IMG/VR virus record: IMGVR_UViG_3300047472_000231
Coordinates: 1 to 64,000 of that record
Origin: a virus
Strand: one strand, 5' to 3'
Length of the DNA stretch: 64,000 nucleotides
Shown here: positions 1 to 9,576 of the stretch, one piece after another
How the letters are laid out: every line of letters starts with the position of its first letter
Numbering within the stretch: the stretch's first letter is position 1
Translations under genes and position numbers: made by a program
Notes under the pieces: generated by a model
Told to the model about the DNA's origin: nothing
Seen by the model: only the letters and a program-made list of their open reading frames with translations
Database searches by the model: none

Positions 1-102
1 CCACACACGCCCCACCGGCCCGCCACTAGGCCCCGTCCACTACTGAACCACCGGTCAGTAACACCACCGCCCGTACTGAACAACCAGTCAGGAGCAGCAC
101 CC

Positions 103-708
103 GTGACCAGCAACAACACCCCCGACCCGCTCGCCTACGGACCCACCGGCGTCCCCTGCGGCTGCGGCAAGGATGCGCACTCCAATCTCGTCACCTGCCA
201 GCCCGACCCGCTTACCGGCCAGCAGCTCGACGACATCGACGCGTGGGCCAACAGCCCGCTCGGCCCCGGCGTGGCCGCCGAACAGCGGCTCTTCGCCTCG
301 CTGGTCGCCGAAGTCCGCCGCCTGCGTACCGAGTCGGAGCGCCGCACCGAGGACCTCGCGGCAGCCGACAATCCGACACCGCTCCGCTGGGGCCTCAACG
401 ACGTTCTGTGGGGCGACGACGACACCGTGACCGTGCTCCTGTCCGGGCCCGGCGGTGAGCCGTACTGGTTGGAGCTGGATCTGGAGCGGGCCGCCGTGTT
501 GCGGCAGGACTTGGCCGGACCGCCCGCCGAGGAGCAGCCGGCCGTCGCCGAGTCCGAGACCTGCGGGAAGTGCAAGCAGCCGTTCGACCCGGCCGACACC
601 CGCTTCGACGGCCGCGGCCGCTACGCCTCCACCCCGTGGTGCCGCGGCGGCGTCGACCGCTGCCACGACAACGAGAGCGCCGATCACCGGTGCGTCATCT
701 GCGCCTGA
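103..708 (+). CDS. Hypothetical phage protein with Cys/His clusters
   Basis: GTG start after AGGAG; high-GC3 codon pattern. Confidence 0.7.
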   Translation: MTSNNTPDPLAYGPTGVPCGCGKDAHSNLVTCQPDPLTGQQLDDIDAWANSPLGPGVAAEQRLFASLVAEVRRLRTESERRTEDLAAADNPTPLRWGLNDVLWGDDDTVTVLLSGPGGEPYWLELDLERAAVLRQDLAGPPAEEQPAVAESETCGKCKQPFDPADTRFDGRGRYASTPWCRGGVDRCHDNESADHRCVICA

Positions 709-756
709 CCCTGCCGACCACCACCACACCCGTACACCCGGCAAGGAGCCACACCC

Positions 757-1023
757 GTGAGCAAGCGTTACCCGCCTGGCGCGCCTGTCGCCGTCTACCC
801 CGGAAACGGTCACCGCCCCGAAGCCCACTGGCACGGCGTCGTCCTCCACCACCACGACAACGGCGTCGGAGGACTCCTCGGCCTGACCGACGTCCGCTGC
901 ACCGACCCGCACGGGTTCCTCAACCAGCGGATCGACCACGTCACCACGGTCGAGACGAAGACGTTGCGCCTCGCAGCCTCTGACGAGCCCGAGCAGACCG
1001 CGCTCTTCGACCCCACGGCCTGA
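757..1023 (+). CDS. Hypothetical phage protein
   Basis: AAGGAG RBS; followed by a GC hairpin at ~1036-1066. Confidence 0.7.
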   Translation: MSKRYPPGAPVAVYPGNGHRPEAHWHGVVLHHHDNGVGGLLGLTDVRCTDPHGFLNQRIDHVTTVETKTLRLAASDEPEQTALFDPTA

Positions 1024-1101
1024 CCCGCACAGCACCGGCCGCCCCGCGGGACTCGGGGCGGCCGGCCCGGACATCCTCTCGCACGATCAAGGAGCCACAC
1101 C

Positions 1102-2328
1102 ATGACCGAACAGCCCGACCCGCGTATCGCCGTCCTCTCCGCGTTGTCCTCGCCTGGCTGGCATCCCGTCCCGGAAGCGCACGGCATGCCGTGGGATGAG
1201 GCCGTGGCGCTGCTCGACGCCTACGACGCATCCCGGGCCGCTGCGCCTGCCGCTGCACCGTCTGCGCCCGCCGACCGGGCCACACTTCGCGACCGCATCG
1301 CCGCCGCCATCTGGGAGCGGCAGAACCCCGGCCGCCACTGGGTCGACTGCGAGTACCGGTGGCGTGCCGACGCCGAGGCAGACGCCGACGCGGTGCTGGC
1401 CGTGCTGCCCGAGCCCGCCGACGATGCCGCAGGCGTGGCCGAGGCAATCCGCAGCTTCCCCTTCGACAACTTCGGCATGGACGACGTGTCGTTCGCCCTC
1501 GAAGACGACCCCGAGGCGCAGGAGTGGGTGCCCGCGCTCGCCGACGCGGTGTTGTCCGTGCTGCCCGCGACCACCGACCAGGCGGCCGAGGTCGCCAACC
1601 TTCGCACCATGTACGACGCGGCCAGCGCACGCGAGAACGAACTCATCGACGAGCGGGACAAGCTGATCCGGTGGCACCGAGAGGACGGCGAGAACGGCGC
1701 CAAGATGCTCGGCACGATCAAGCGGCTCCGCGCCGAGTTGAAGCAGCAGCCCGACCGTGCCGCGATCTTGCGGGAGGCCGCCGAGATCGCCGACCGGCTG
1801 ATGGACGAGCGCTACGGCCCCGACTGCTCCTACGCCATCGGCGGCCAGGACGTGGCCCGCGAGCTGCGCCGCATGGCCGACGAGGCGCAGCAGCCCGAGA
1901 CGCAGGCCGCGCGGCGGGTCCTCACACCGAACGAGCACGACCGGGCCTGGCACGCCATCGAAGGCGCTGCTGGCGATCCCGGCGCGGACCCGGGCACCGT
2001 CCTCAACGCTGTCCTGCGTGCGCTCCGCATCGACGCCCCCACCGCCGAGGATGAGCAGGCTGCCAGCCCCCGCCGCAAGGCCGACGGGACGCGACAGGAC
2101 GAGACGCTGCCCGCCGAGGCTCCGGCGCGCATCGACCGCATGCGCCCCGAGTTCACCGACCACGCCAGCGTCGAGTCGATCGACGTCCAGCTTCGGCGAG
2201 CCCGCTCGCACCTGCGCCGCTGGCATCTGCGGGTCGAGTGGCTGATCAGCCTGCGGCAGGCCCGAGTGGAGCAGAAGGAGCGTGGCGAGTGGCCCGCCGC
2301 CGTGTCCCAGCCCGGCAAGGAGGCCTGA
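1102..2328 (+). CDS. Hypothetical mosaic phage protein (408 aa)
   Basis: AAGGAG RBS, long ORF with typical codon bias. Confidence 0.75.
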   Translation: MTEQPDPRIAVLSALSSPGWHPVPEAHGMPWDEAVALLDAYDASRAAAPAAAPSAPADRATLRDRIAAAIWERQNPGRHWVDCEYRWRADAEADADAVLAVLPEPADDAAGVAEAIRSFPFDNFGMDDVSFALEDDPEAQEWVPALADAVLSVLPATTDQAAEVANLRTMYDAASARENELIDERDKLIRWHREDGENGAKMLGTIKRLRAELKQQPDRAAILREAAEIADRLMDERYGPDCSYAIGGQDVARELRRMADEAQQPETQAARRVLTPNEHDRAWHAIEGAAGDPGADPGTVLNAVLRALRIDAPTAEDEQAASPRRKADGTRQDETLPAEAPARIDRMRPEFTDHASVESIDVQLRRARSHLRRWHLRVEWLISLRQARVEQKERGEWPAAVSQPGKEA

Positions 2329-2330
2329 CC

Positions 2331-2510
2331 ATGGCCACCAACCCGAACACCGGTGGCTTCACCGGGATCAGCCTCGCGGGCACCTGGGAGTGCGGCAACT
2401 GCGGCGCCACCGGCGACGGCTGGTACGACGAGGACGACGGCCTTGTCCTGCACGACGAGAACGGGCAGCCCTTCGAGTCCGACGACCACGTCTGCGGGGA
2501 GCCGTCGTGA
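2331..2510 (+). CDS. Small CxxC protein (MATNPNTGG...WECGNCG)
   Basis: AGGAGG RBS overlapping the upstream stop; ATG at 2331. Confidence 0.6.
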   Translation: MATNPNTGGFTGISLAGTWECGNCGATGDGWYDEDDGLVLHDENGQPFESDDHVCGEPS

Positions 2511-2606
2511 TCGCTGAGGCCATCGACACCGCCTGATCCGCCGGCCCGCCTCCGCCGACGGGGGCGGGCCGCAACCCCACACCACCACGAACCCTGGAGG
2601 AACCGC

Positions 2607-3194
2607 ATGACCACCCGCATCTTCACCCGCGCACAGCTCGAAGCCTGGGACCTGCCGGGCGCCTGGGCTGACGACTCCCCGGAGATCCTTTACCGCGAGC
2701 AGGTCGACGCCCGCCGTTGGGTGTCCGTCCATGAGCTCGTCTTCCGCGCCCCCGACGACGGTCTGGCGTACCGCGTCTTCTACGAGCAGGGCCTTACCGA
2801 GGACCAGGACGACACCGACCCGTGGAACGGCGACGACGAGATCAAGGCCACCGAGGTGGAGCAACGCCCCGTCGTCACCCGGCAGTGGCGTGACGTCAAC
2901 GCCCCGGCCGATCCCGGCCTCGACCTCGTGCTGCCCGCGTGGGAGGCCATGTACGAGCCGGGCAACGTCTCCGACTACCTGATCGGCTACGCCAACTCCG
3001 AGGCCGGAGCGAAGGGCGCAGCGGAGGCGTGGCTGCGATCCGAGAAGGACGAACCAGGCCGACTGGAGTGGGTGCCGCAAAACCCGGTGGACGGCTACGA
3101 CACGGAGTTCGAACTCGTTGAGCACCACGACGACGGCATCGACACCGGGCCCGGGATCACCGTCCGGCACCGCACCCAGCGCCCCACGACCTGA
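2607..3194 (+). CDS. Hypothetical acidic phage protein
   Basis: GGAGG RBS, codon bias. Confidence 0.75.
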   Translation: MTTRIFTRAQLEAWDLPGAWADDSPEILYREQVDARRWVSVHELVFRAPDDGLAYRVFYEQGLTEDQDDTDPWNGDDEIKATEVEQRPVVTRQWRDVNAPADPGLDLVLPAWEAMYEPGNVSDYLIGYANSEAGAKGAAEAWLRSEKDEPGRLEWVPQNPVDGYDTEFELVEHHDDGIDTGPGITVRHRTQRPTT

Positions 3195-3252
3195 CCCCGC
3201 CCTGCCGCCCCTGCGCCGTGGGGGCGGCACCCCGCACCGAAAGGCACCACCG

Positions 3253-3429
3253 ATGACGACCCGGATTCTGCGGCTGCTGGTCGACGAGGAGTTCGGCCGC
3301 CTGCTCGCCCTGTACGTGCGGCGGGGCGAGAAGCCTCGCGGCGCCCTGCTGATCGCGCTCCGCCTGCGGGCGACCGCCGACGGGCTGCTCCTGCCCAACG
3401 GGCGGATCAAGAACGGGGGTCGGCCGTGA
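3253..3429 (+). CDS. Small hypothetical protein
   Basis: ATG at 3253; stop overlaps the next start. Confidence 0.55.
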   Translation: MTTRILRLLVDEEFGRLLALYVRRGEKPRGALLIALRLRATADGLLLPNGRIKNGGRP

Positions 3430-3767
3430 CCGCCCCGTCGTCGGCGCCCCGCGGCGAGCGTGCCGGAACGCCGGGCGCCGGCTGGGAGACGGAACTCCGG
3501 TCACTGGGCGAGCAGTACGTGCCCGACGGCCAGCCGGAGCCGTCCGCGAACCGGGCGGCACGACGGGCGGTGAGACGCGGCCAGAAGCGCTCAGATGGCC
3601 GCACGGCGCTTCGGCAGGGTCCGGATGGGGCCGAGGGCGCCCGAGAAGGGCCCTGGGTGCCTCTCTCGCGGCCGAAGTCCCCGCAGCGGTCCGGGAGTCG
3701 CACCGAGCCTGAGAACGCCAGCGAGAGCCCCAACCCCGCCCCGCCGACCCGAACGGAGACCCAATGA
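3426..3767 (+). CDS. Hypothetical protein
   Basis: GTGA/ATGA coupling at both ends. Confidence 0.5.
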   Translation: MTAPSSAPRGERAGTPGAGWETELRSLGEQYVPDGQPEPSANRAARRAVRRGQKRSDGRTALRQGPDGAEGAREGPWVPLSRPKSPQRSGSRTEPENASESPNPAPPTRTETQ

Positions 3768-3915
3768 CCCCCGAACCGCCACCACTCAAGCAGATGCTGC
3801 ACCTCGTCGACCGGGCCGAACGCGGCGTCATCCTCCCCGCCGAAGCCGCCCGACTCCGCATCGCCATACGGGCGTTGTACGCCCGCGCCTACCCGCAGAC
3901 CGAGGAGACCGCAGC

Positions 3916-4131
3916 GTGATCCAGTCCGGCCAGACCTACCGCTCCTGCGACCCGCGCGGCGGCCCCCGCATCCGCATCACGTCGTACCGGCCCGGTGACG
4001 CCCGCGCCCACGTCGTCAACGCCTACGACGGCAAGCGGTTCCGGCAGATCCTCGTCAGCCAGCTGCACGCCACCGACAACACCAGCACCGGAGCCCCGAG
4101 GCGCACCGGCTACGCCCTGGAGACGCCGTGA
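3916..4131 (+). CDS. Small hypothetical protein (IQSGQTYRSCDPRGG...)
   Basis: GAGGAG RBS, GTGA coupling. Confidence 0.6.
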   Translation: MIQSGQTYRSCDPRGGPRIRITSYRPGDARAHVVNAYDGKRFRQILVSQLHATDNTSTGAPRRTGYALETP

Positions 4132-4919
4132 CCAACCAGACCCCAATCACCCCGCAGCAGCCCGCCACCGCCCCCGTGCCCGCCCAGGACGCCCCCGGCG
4201 GTCCCGGACGGCAGCCGGACGCCCCGGAGACGCCACTGGCCGCCCTGCAGCGCCTCCAGCGTCTCCGCGGCCAACTCGCCGCCGAGCACGCCAAAGCGGT
4301 CCGCGCCGACCAGCAGCCGCGCCCCGACCTCGACCACCTGCGCGTTACCCCGCACAACGGGATCGCGGCCGGACTGGAGACGGCGATCTTCTTCGTCGAA
4401 CACCACCTGCGGGAAGTCGGCGAAGAGGCCCGGATAACGCCGGACAACCCCGCGACCAGCAGCGACACGGCGGACAACTCGCTGCGGGAGCGGCTTGCGG
4501 CGGCCGTCGAGTCCGAGATCTACGAATACCGCGAACGCACCATGTTCTGGGAAGAGACCGGCGGCGTCACCGAGGAGATCGCCAGACTCGCCACACGCGG
4601 CGCGATGACAACCCTCGAAGCCGCCCTCGACATCGGCGACGCGGAGGCCATCCTCGACGAGCCCGCGGCAGCCGCAGCGACCCAAGCGACCGACGAGCCC
4701 GGCCTGTACGAGAAGGTCGCCGGCATGTTCAGCGGGCCACTCCCGCCACCCGCAGACGTACCGCCCGCCGTCGCTTTGACGTGCAGCCTCGCGCAGCTGC
4801 GGCAGACGCATGACCCGCACGCGTGGCAGCCGCAGCCGGGCATGCGGCACGTTCAATGCCCCGGATTCGCGCACGTTCCGGCAGGGACCGAAGAGACCAA
4901 AAGTCAGGAGCAGCCGTGA
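4128..4919 (+). CDS. Hypothetical phage protein, last gene of the operon
   Basis: Coupled start; followed by a terminator. Confidence 0.65.
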   Translation: MTNQTPITPQQPATAPVPAQDAPGGPGRQPDAPETPLAALQRLQRLRGQLAAEHAKAVRADQQPRPDLDHLRVTPHNGIAAGLETAIFFVEHHLREVGEEARITPDNPATSSDTADNSLRERLAAAVESEIYEYRERTMFWEETGGVTEEIARLATRGAMTTLEAALDIGDAEAILDEPAAAAATQATDEPGLYEKVAGMFSGPLPPPADVPPAVALTCSLAQLRQTHDPHAWQPQPGMRHVQCPGFAHVPAGTEETKSQEQP

Positions 4920-4926
4920 CACGACG

Positions 4927-4958
4927 ACGCCCCCGGCCGGGATCCGGCGCGGGGGCGT
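4927..4958. terminator. Probable bidirectional intrinsic terminator
   Basis: ACGCCCCCG...CGGGGGCGT stem between convergent genes; near-identical hairpin at 16561. Confidence 0.65.
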
Positions 4959-4968
4959 TCTGCTGCGT

Positions 4969-5283
4969 CTAGAACTGCCCGGTGCAGGCGAGGCAGATCG
5001 TGCGGGAACTCCAGTCCGCCAGCGAAGCCTGATACGCCTGCACACCCTGGTACATGAACACGCCGTAGACGAGGCCGCCCACCGTCACCAGCAGGCCGAG
5101 CAGCACCGCACCCGACACGGCGACCGCGATCCCGCCGATCGTCGCCAACAAGGCGATCCAATAGCTGGCCTGCACCTCACCCGGCGGCGCGTACTGCACC
5201 CGCAACGGCGACTCCGCCGGCAGGGACTGCCAGTAGTGGGACAGGCGTTCCACGTTCGTCGACGAACACGACTTGCACTGCAT
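4969..5283 (-). CDS. Small membrane protein with terminal CxxC motifs (moron-like)
   Basis: MQCKSC...two hydrophobic helices...CLAC; isolated on the opposite strand. Confidence 0.7.
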   Translation of the reverse strand: MQCKSCSSTNVERLSHYWQSLPAESPLRVQYAPPGEVQASYWIALLATIGGIAVAVSGAVLLGLLVTVGGLVYGVFMYQGVQAYQASLADWSSRTICLACTGQF

Positions 5284-5436
5284 TCCAACCCCCGACATCC
5301 ACCCAGCACCTGACGGCAGATTGGCCAGCCGGGGCAGGGTCGGCAAGCAGTACCGGCGGGTCTGTGAGCGGGGCCGCAAGCGGGACGCACCGAGAGCCCC
5401 ACCTGCATCAGATGGGGCCCTCGGGTGACGGTGCGG

Positions 5437-5733
5437 CTACAGCTCCGTCAGCTCGTACATCTCCGGCAGCGGTCCGAGCGGCACGCCGATCACCCGCCCG
5501 AGCATCGCCCGCGCCACTGTGTCCCGCTCGAGGCGCGGCCGGCCCGGCGGCATCGACAAGACCAGGCTCCCGTCCGGCAACTGGACCAGGGCGCCGATGA
5601 AACCGGGGTCGGTGATCTGCGACAGGTGGAGCTTGACGTCCAGCTCGAGGAGTAGGTCGTCGAGTGGTGCGTTCAACAGGTGGGCGGCGGTGATTGTCTG
5701 GCGTGCCGCGGGTGCTAAGGCAGTAGCATTCAC
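5437..5733 (-). CDS. Hypothetical protein (98 aa)
   Basis: AAAAGGAG RBS, GTG start. Confidence 0.7.
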   Translation of the reverse strand: MNATALAPAARQTITAAHLLNAPLDDLLLELDVKLHLSQITDPGFIGALVQLPDGSLVLSMPPGRPRLERDTVARAMLGRVIGVPLGPLPEMYELTEL

Positions 5734-5829
5734 GTGAGCTCCTTTTGACGAGGCGAGCTTGAAGATCGGCGAGTTAGCGCTCGCTGGTTCGAATCGGCCC
5801 GGTGTTGACGCACCGGGCCGTTCGCTGTT

Positions 5830-7032
5830 TCAGGCACCGAGTGCCGCGATCGCCTCCCTCAGATCGGTGGCCGTGTGCCAGTGCTGGAATCGTGGCGCCG
5901 ACAGCATCGAGCCGACACGGTGGGCGCGCTTGTTGATCCAGCTGATCTGGTCCTCGACGGGGAGCGCCAGCACCGGGGCTATCGCCTCGGCCGCCGCCTC
6001 GACCTCGCCGAGTTGAACCTGGGCGGTCGCCAGGTAGATGTGGCACAGCCGCTCGTCATCGAGGGAGCGCTGCTCCGGAGGCATCTGCTCCCACGATGCG
6101 ATAGAGGCCTCGGCCTCGGTCGCCGCGGTGCGCGCGTCGTCGCCGCCGTCCAGCCAGATCAGCGAGGACGCGGCGTAGTAGCGCTGCTTCGTCTCCGAGA
6201 ACTCGAAGAGGCCGGCCAGCGAATCGGGGCGCCGGACGCGCTCGCGTGCCTGCTCGGCAAGGTGCAGGGTGCGGTTGGCGGCCTTGCTGTCGCCGAGGTT
6301 CGCCAGGCACTGGACTTCACCGCAGAGGAGCCGCGCCTCCCCGGTGCCGGGAACGTCGCCGGCGTACTGGAGGCCGTCGCGGACGTAGTCGAGGGCGATG
6401 CCGTAGTCGCCGTTGAACCGCGCGATCAGGGACTGGGTGCCGCGTACCCACATCAGCAGCTCAGTGTCGCCTGCGTACTGGGCGCAGCGGCCCGCGGCGC
6501 GCGCGTGCTCTAACGCGGCGTCGGCGTCGCCAAGGTCGAGGGCCGCGTAGGCGAGGATGCCGGAGAGTCGTCCGGCGGCGACGTAGAGATCAGCCCGCTC
6601 GTTCGGGGCGTGGCGGTAGTCCTTGAGGCGCTGGAGCGCATCGCGGCGCAGCGTGTCGGCTCGGAGCAGCATCGGCGCGGGCGCCTGGGCGAGGTAGTCG
6701 ACTGCCGTCTCTTCGACTCCGGCATGCAGCTGGTCGAGTTCCAGGTCGGCGAGCGCCATGAGGTCGCGCGAGGTGGCGAGTGACGCAGCCAGGGTTTTTC
6801 GGGTAGCCGCCTGCTCCTGTCGCTGTGAATGCTCGCGAAGGTATTCGGCGACAAGCGCACCATTTGCACGCAAGGCGCTGTCTGCGGCTTCTGCCAGTTC
6901 CGCCGTTGGGGCTCGCCGTCCCGCTTCCACGTGGTGGATGTGGGTGCGGTGCATGAGGATTTGGGTGGACAGGTCAGCGAGGGTGAGTCCGGCGTCTTGC
7001 CGGTGTCGGCGGAGCTCCGTTCCGAAGGTCAT
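5830..7032 (-). CDS. XRE-family HTH regulator with C-terminal TPR-like helical domain
   Basis: N-terminal FGTELRRHRQDAGLTLADLS...HHVEAGRRAP; Ala-rich helical repeats. Confidence 0.85.
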   Translation of the reverse strand: MTFGTELRRHRQDAGLTLADLSTQILMHRTHIHHVEAGRRAPTAELAEAADSALRANGALVAEYLREHSQRQEQAATRKTLAASLATSRDLMALADLELDQLHAGVEETAVDYLAQAPAPMLLRADTLRRDALQRLKDYRHAPNERADLYVAAGRLSGILAYAALDLGDADAALEHARAAGRCAQYAGDTELLMWVRGTQSLIARFNGDYGIALDYVRDGLQYAGDVPGTGEARLLCGEVQCLANLGDSKAANRTLHLAEQARERVRRPDSLAGLFEFSETKQRYYAASSLIWLDGGDDARTAATEAEASIASWEQMPPEQRSLDDERLCHIYLATAQVQLGEVEAAAEAIAPVLALPVEDQISWINKRAHRVGSMLSAPRFQHWHTATDLREAIAALGA

Positions 7033-7163
7033 GCCGGTAATCCTGTCGCCGCGTGCGGACTGTGCGGAGGGGGTTACTGTTGTCAGATTCGCCTGTTGCC
7101 GATTGACAACAGGCTGAATCTAGAACGGCACTCAGCGAGATGGTGCGCTGAGTTCATGAGGAA

Positions 7164-7463
7164 TTACTGCTCGGACTCTTTGCTCTCGTTGCCTTTTGGT
7201 GTCGCCTTTTTGGCGGGCCCTCTTCGAGGCTTGTCGCGCTCACGGAAGAACTCCTCTACGGGTTCCCAGTACATGAGCAGGTTCCGTCCGGACTTGAGGT
7301 ATCCATCGGGCGGGATGGGCCAGTCCGGGTCGGTCATCGCGATATGCCGAACGCCCTGTCTCGTGATCGAGCCCTCGATGATCTTCCGCTCAACGAGGCG
7401 CCTGGCGATCTCCGTGAACGTGACCAGGTCGGGCATCCCTCCTTTCTCGCCGTCAGTGTTCAT
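7164..7463 (-). CDS. Small AlpA/Xis-like wHTH regulator divergent from the transfer operon
   Basis: LVTFTEIARRL...ITRQGVRHIA...WPIP; start may be 7436. Confidence 0.7.
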   Translation of the reverse strand: MNTDGEKGGMPDLVTFTEIARRLVERKIIEGSITRQGVRHIAMTDPDWPIPPDGYLKSGRNLLMYWEPVEEFFRERDKPRRGPAKKATPKGNESKESEQ

Positions 7464-7493
7464 GTCCGCATTCTCCCCTTCGCTGCCTACTAC

Positions 7494-7522
7494 TTGTCAA
7501 GGCGTAAGAAGTCCTCTACTGT
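7494..7522 (+). promoter_or_regulatory. Sigma70/HrdB-type promoter of the transfer operon
   Basis: TTGTCA-17 nt-TACTGT. Confidence 0.6.
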
Positions 7523-7535
7523 CGAAGACGAACGA

Positions 7536-7643
7536 AGCCCCGACCGGTGGTTGCACACCAAATCGGGGCTGCTCAACAGCCCTCCCCGGTGGTTGCACAC
7601 CGGAGAGGGCCTGCCCGACCAGGTGGTTGCACACCCGGTCAGG
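7536..7643 (+). repeat. Three tandem hairpins sharing GGTG-GTTGCA-CACC
   Basis: GGTGGTTGCACACC at 7546, 7588 and 7622, each inside a different but self-complementary outer stem. Confidence 0.85.
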
Positions 7644-7680
7644 ACATCCGGAACCGCCTGAGCTACCAGGAGGACCAGAC

Positions 7681-8139
7681 ATGACAGATCGTACTGTCGA
7701 TCTGACCAGTACCGGAACCGGCCTGCTCGACGCACCGATGTCGCCGGCCGACCGCCTGGCCCACGACTCCGCCACCCACGTGACGTGGAGGGCCCGCGAG
7801 AACTACCTGCGCGGCCTGAACGTCAACGGCCGCATCCGCACCGCAGGCGACCAGCTGCTCGCCGACATGGCCAGCCGGTGGGCGCTCATCGAGGTCACCG
7901 TCGAGTACGTGTCGCCGGTAGCCCCGGACGGCACCATCGTCCTCGTGGTCGCTGGTCGCGACCGGCAGGGTGAGGCCCTCGTCCAGATCGACGCCCAGGA
8001 CCGGGCCGAAGCGCTCGACTGGATGGACCGCGACTACGCCTCCCTCCTCGGCAAGGCGACCGTCCTGTACGGGCAGCCCGCACTGGACCTGCGGCGCGCC
8101 ACCCTCGCCCAGCCGCAGAGCGTGAAGGCGGTGGCGTGA
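7681..8139 (+). CDS. Hypothetical protein, first gene of the transfer operon
   Basis: AGGAGG RBS, ATG at 7681. Confidence 0.7.
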   Translation: MTDRTVDLTSTGTGLLDAPMSPADRLAHDSATHVTWRARENYLRGLNVNGRIRTAGDQLLADMASRWALIEVTVEYVSPVAPDGTIVLVVAGRDRQGEALVQIDAQDRAEALDWMDRDYASLLGKATVLYGQPALDLRRATLAQPQSVKAVA

Positions 8140-8423
8140 TGGCCCGCCGGTTCAAGGACATGCAGACGCCGGAGCAGCAGTATGCGGCCCGTCAGGCGCC
8201 CGCGCTTCGACGGATCGCTTACCAGGCTGAGCAGCAGGCCGAGGCGCACCAGATGAGCGCCGACGTGTACGGGCGTAGCGGCCGGGACTACTCCGACCCG
8301 CAGAAGGCCGCGCGTGCCCAGCGGGAAGCCGACCGGCTGCGCGACCGAGGCAGGGGTTTGCGGGCGTCGGCGAACCGTGCCGAAGCCGAGGTCAAGCCGA
8401 AGCCGAAGCGGCGGTGGTTCTGA
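8139..8423 (+). CDS. Small basic helical protein
   Basis: TGATG coupling. Confidence 0.65.
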   Translation: MARRFKDMQTPEQQYAARQAPALRRIAYQAEQQAEAHQMSADVYGRSGRDYSDPQKAARAQREADRLRDRGRGLRASANRAEAEVKPKPKRRWF

Positions 8424-8590
8424 TGGCGCAGAAGATCCTCGCCGCCACCCAGGCCGGCCACCCGCGCGGCAGCTGGCCGGCGGAGGAGCAGGCGAAGCAG
8501 TTCCGCGACCAGGGCATCCCGGTGACCGTCGTCATGGACCAGGACAGCGACCGGTTCCTCGTGGTCTCGGACGAGGGCGACCAGCGATGA
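8423..8590 (+). CDS. Small hypothetical protein (MAQKILAATQAGHPRGSW...)
   Basis: TGATG coupling; translated by hand. Confidence 0.55.
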   Translation: MAQKILAATQAGHPRGSWPAEEQAKQFRDQGIPVTVVMDQDSDRFLVVSDEGDQR

Positions 8591-8775
8591 CCGACGCCGA
8601 GTACGCGGAGCTGCTCCGCAAGCTGCGCGAGCAGAACCACCAGTCCGAGACCCGGCCGAAGTAGCGGCCCCAAGACCGCCGCGGCAGCGGTCCGACAATC
8701 CCCCCGTCCCGCTGCCGCGGCTCTCCACCCCGCACCACCCCTCCCATTCCGATTGACCACGTGAAGGGCACCCCC

Positions 8776-9009
8776 ATGTCTCCCTACATCCTTTCCGACG
8801 CCGATCTGGCCACCAAGACCCAACTGGCGAAGCTGCGCCGGGCCCGCACCACGGTCGCCGATGCGATGACCGAGCTGTTCGGCGACGACTTCACCCGCGC
8901 CCTCTACCGCGAGACGACTTACGCGGTGCCGGACTTGGAGCGGCAGACGTGCCCCGACCACCACGACTGGCGGACGCACTGCCTGCCCCTGCACCTCAAG
9001 GCCGCCTGA
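8776..9009 (+). CDS. Small Cys/His protein
   Basis: GAAGGG RBS; CPDHHDWRTHC motif. Confidence 0.6.
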   Translation: MSPYILSDADLATKTQLAKLRRARTTVADAMTELFGDDFTRALYRETTYAVPDLERQTCPDHHDWRTHCLPLHLKAA

Positions 9010-9045
9010 ACTCCCCACCTCCCCACCCCAACCCGAGAGGAACTC

Positions 9046-9576
9046 ATGACCACCGCCATCGCCTCCCGCACGTTCACCGACGCCGACACGGCAGCCGCCG
9101 TACAGATCGCCGCAGCCGAGCCCCGGTTCTGGAACGGCCCGTCCGGCGAGCCGGCGACCGGAGAGCAGATCGCCCGCCACGTCGATGCCGTCCTGGCGAT
9201 CCTGTCCGAGCGCGGCTGGGCCCGCGTTCACGGCGACCCGGACCCGGAGCCGCCGGGTGTCGACGAGTCGATGTCGTCGAAGGGCCTGCTCCTCGGTTTC
9301 CTGCGCTGGGTGCTCGACATGGCCCGCGACTCCGGCCCCCTCACCCTGGCGATCGCCATGCTGCGGGTGCAGGACGCGGTAGGCGACCAGGACACCTACT
9401 CGGCGGCCGGCCGCGTCATGGACGCCCTGCTCCGGGCCCGCACCGGCGCCCTGTACGTCAGCCACACCGCGTGGGCGGGGAAGCAAGGCCGCACCTTCGA
9501 CGAGGTGCGCGACCTGCTGGAGACCGCCGCCGTATTCGCCCGCACCCACGGGCCGGCGGCGACGGCCGCCGCCTGA
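9046..9576 (+). CDS. DUF6197-like protein
   Basis: ILSERGW...AWAGKQGRTFDEVRDLLETAA C-terminal signature. Confidence 0.6.
   Translation: MTTAIASRTFTDADTAAAVQIAAAEPRFWNGPSGEPATGEQIARHVDAVLAILSERGWARVHGDPDPEPPGVDESMSSKGLLLGFLRWVLDMARDSGPLTLAIAMLRVQDAVGDQDTYSAAGRVMDALLRARTGALYVSHTAWAGKQGRTFDEVRDLLETAAVFARTHGPAATAAA

Noticed and set aside
5437-7032. Arbitrium/RRNPP-like peptide signalling (HTH-TPR receptor plus peptide)
   Set aside because: No adjacent small gene with a signal peptide, and XRE-TPR regulators are common in Streptomyces.
7536-7643. Mini-CRISPR array
   Set aside because: The repeat is only 14 bp, spacing is irregular (42 and 34 bp), the 'spacers' are self-complementary stem arms, and no cas genes are present.
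6829-7680. N-terminal part of the 436-aa ORF 6829-8139
   Set aside because: It overlaps two credible minus-strand regulators and the promoter/hairpin region; the real start is 7681.
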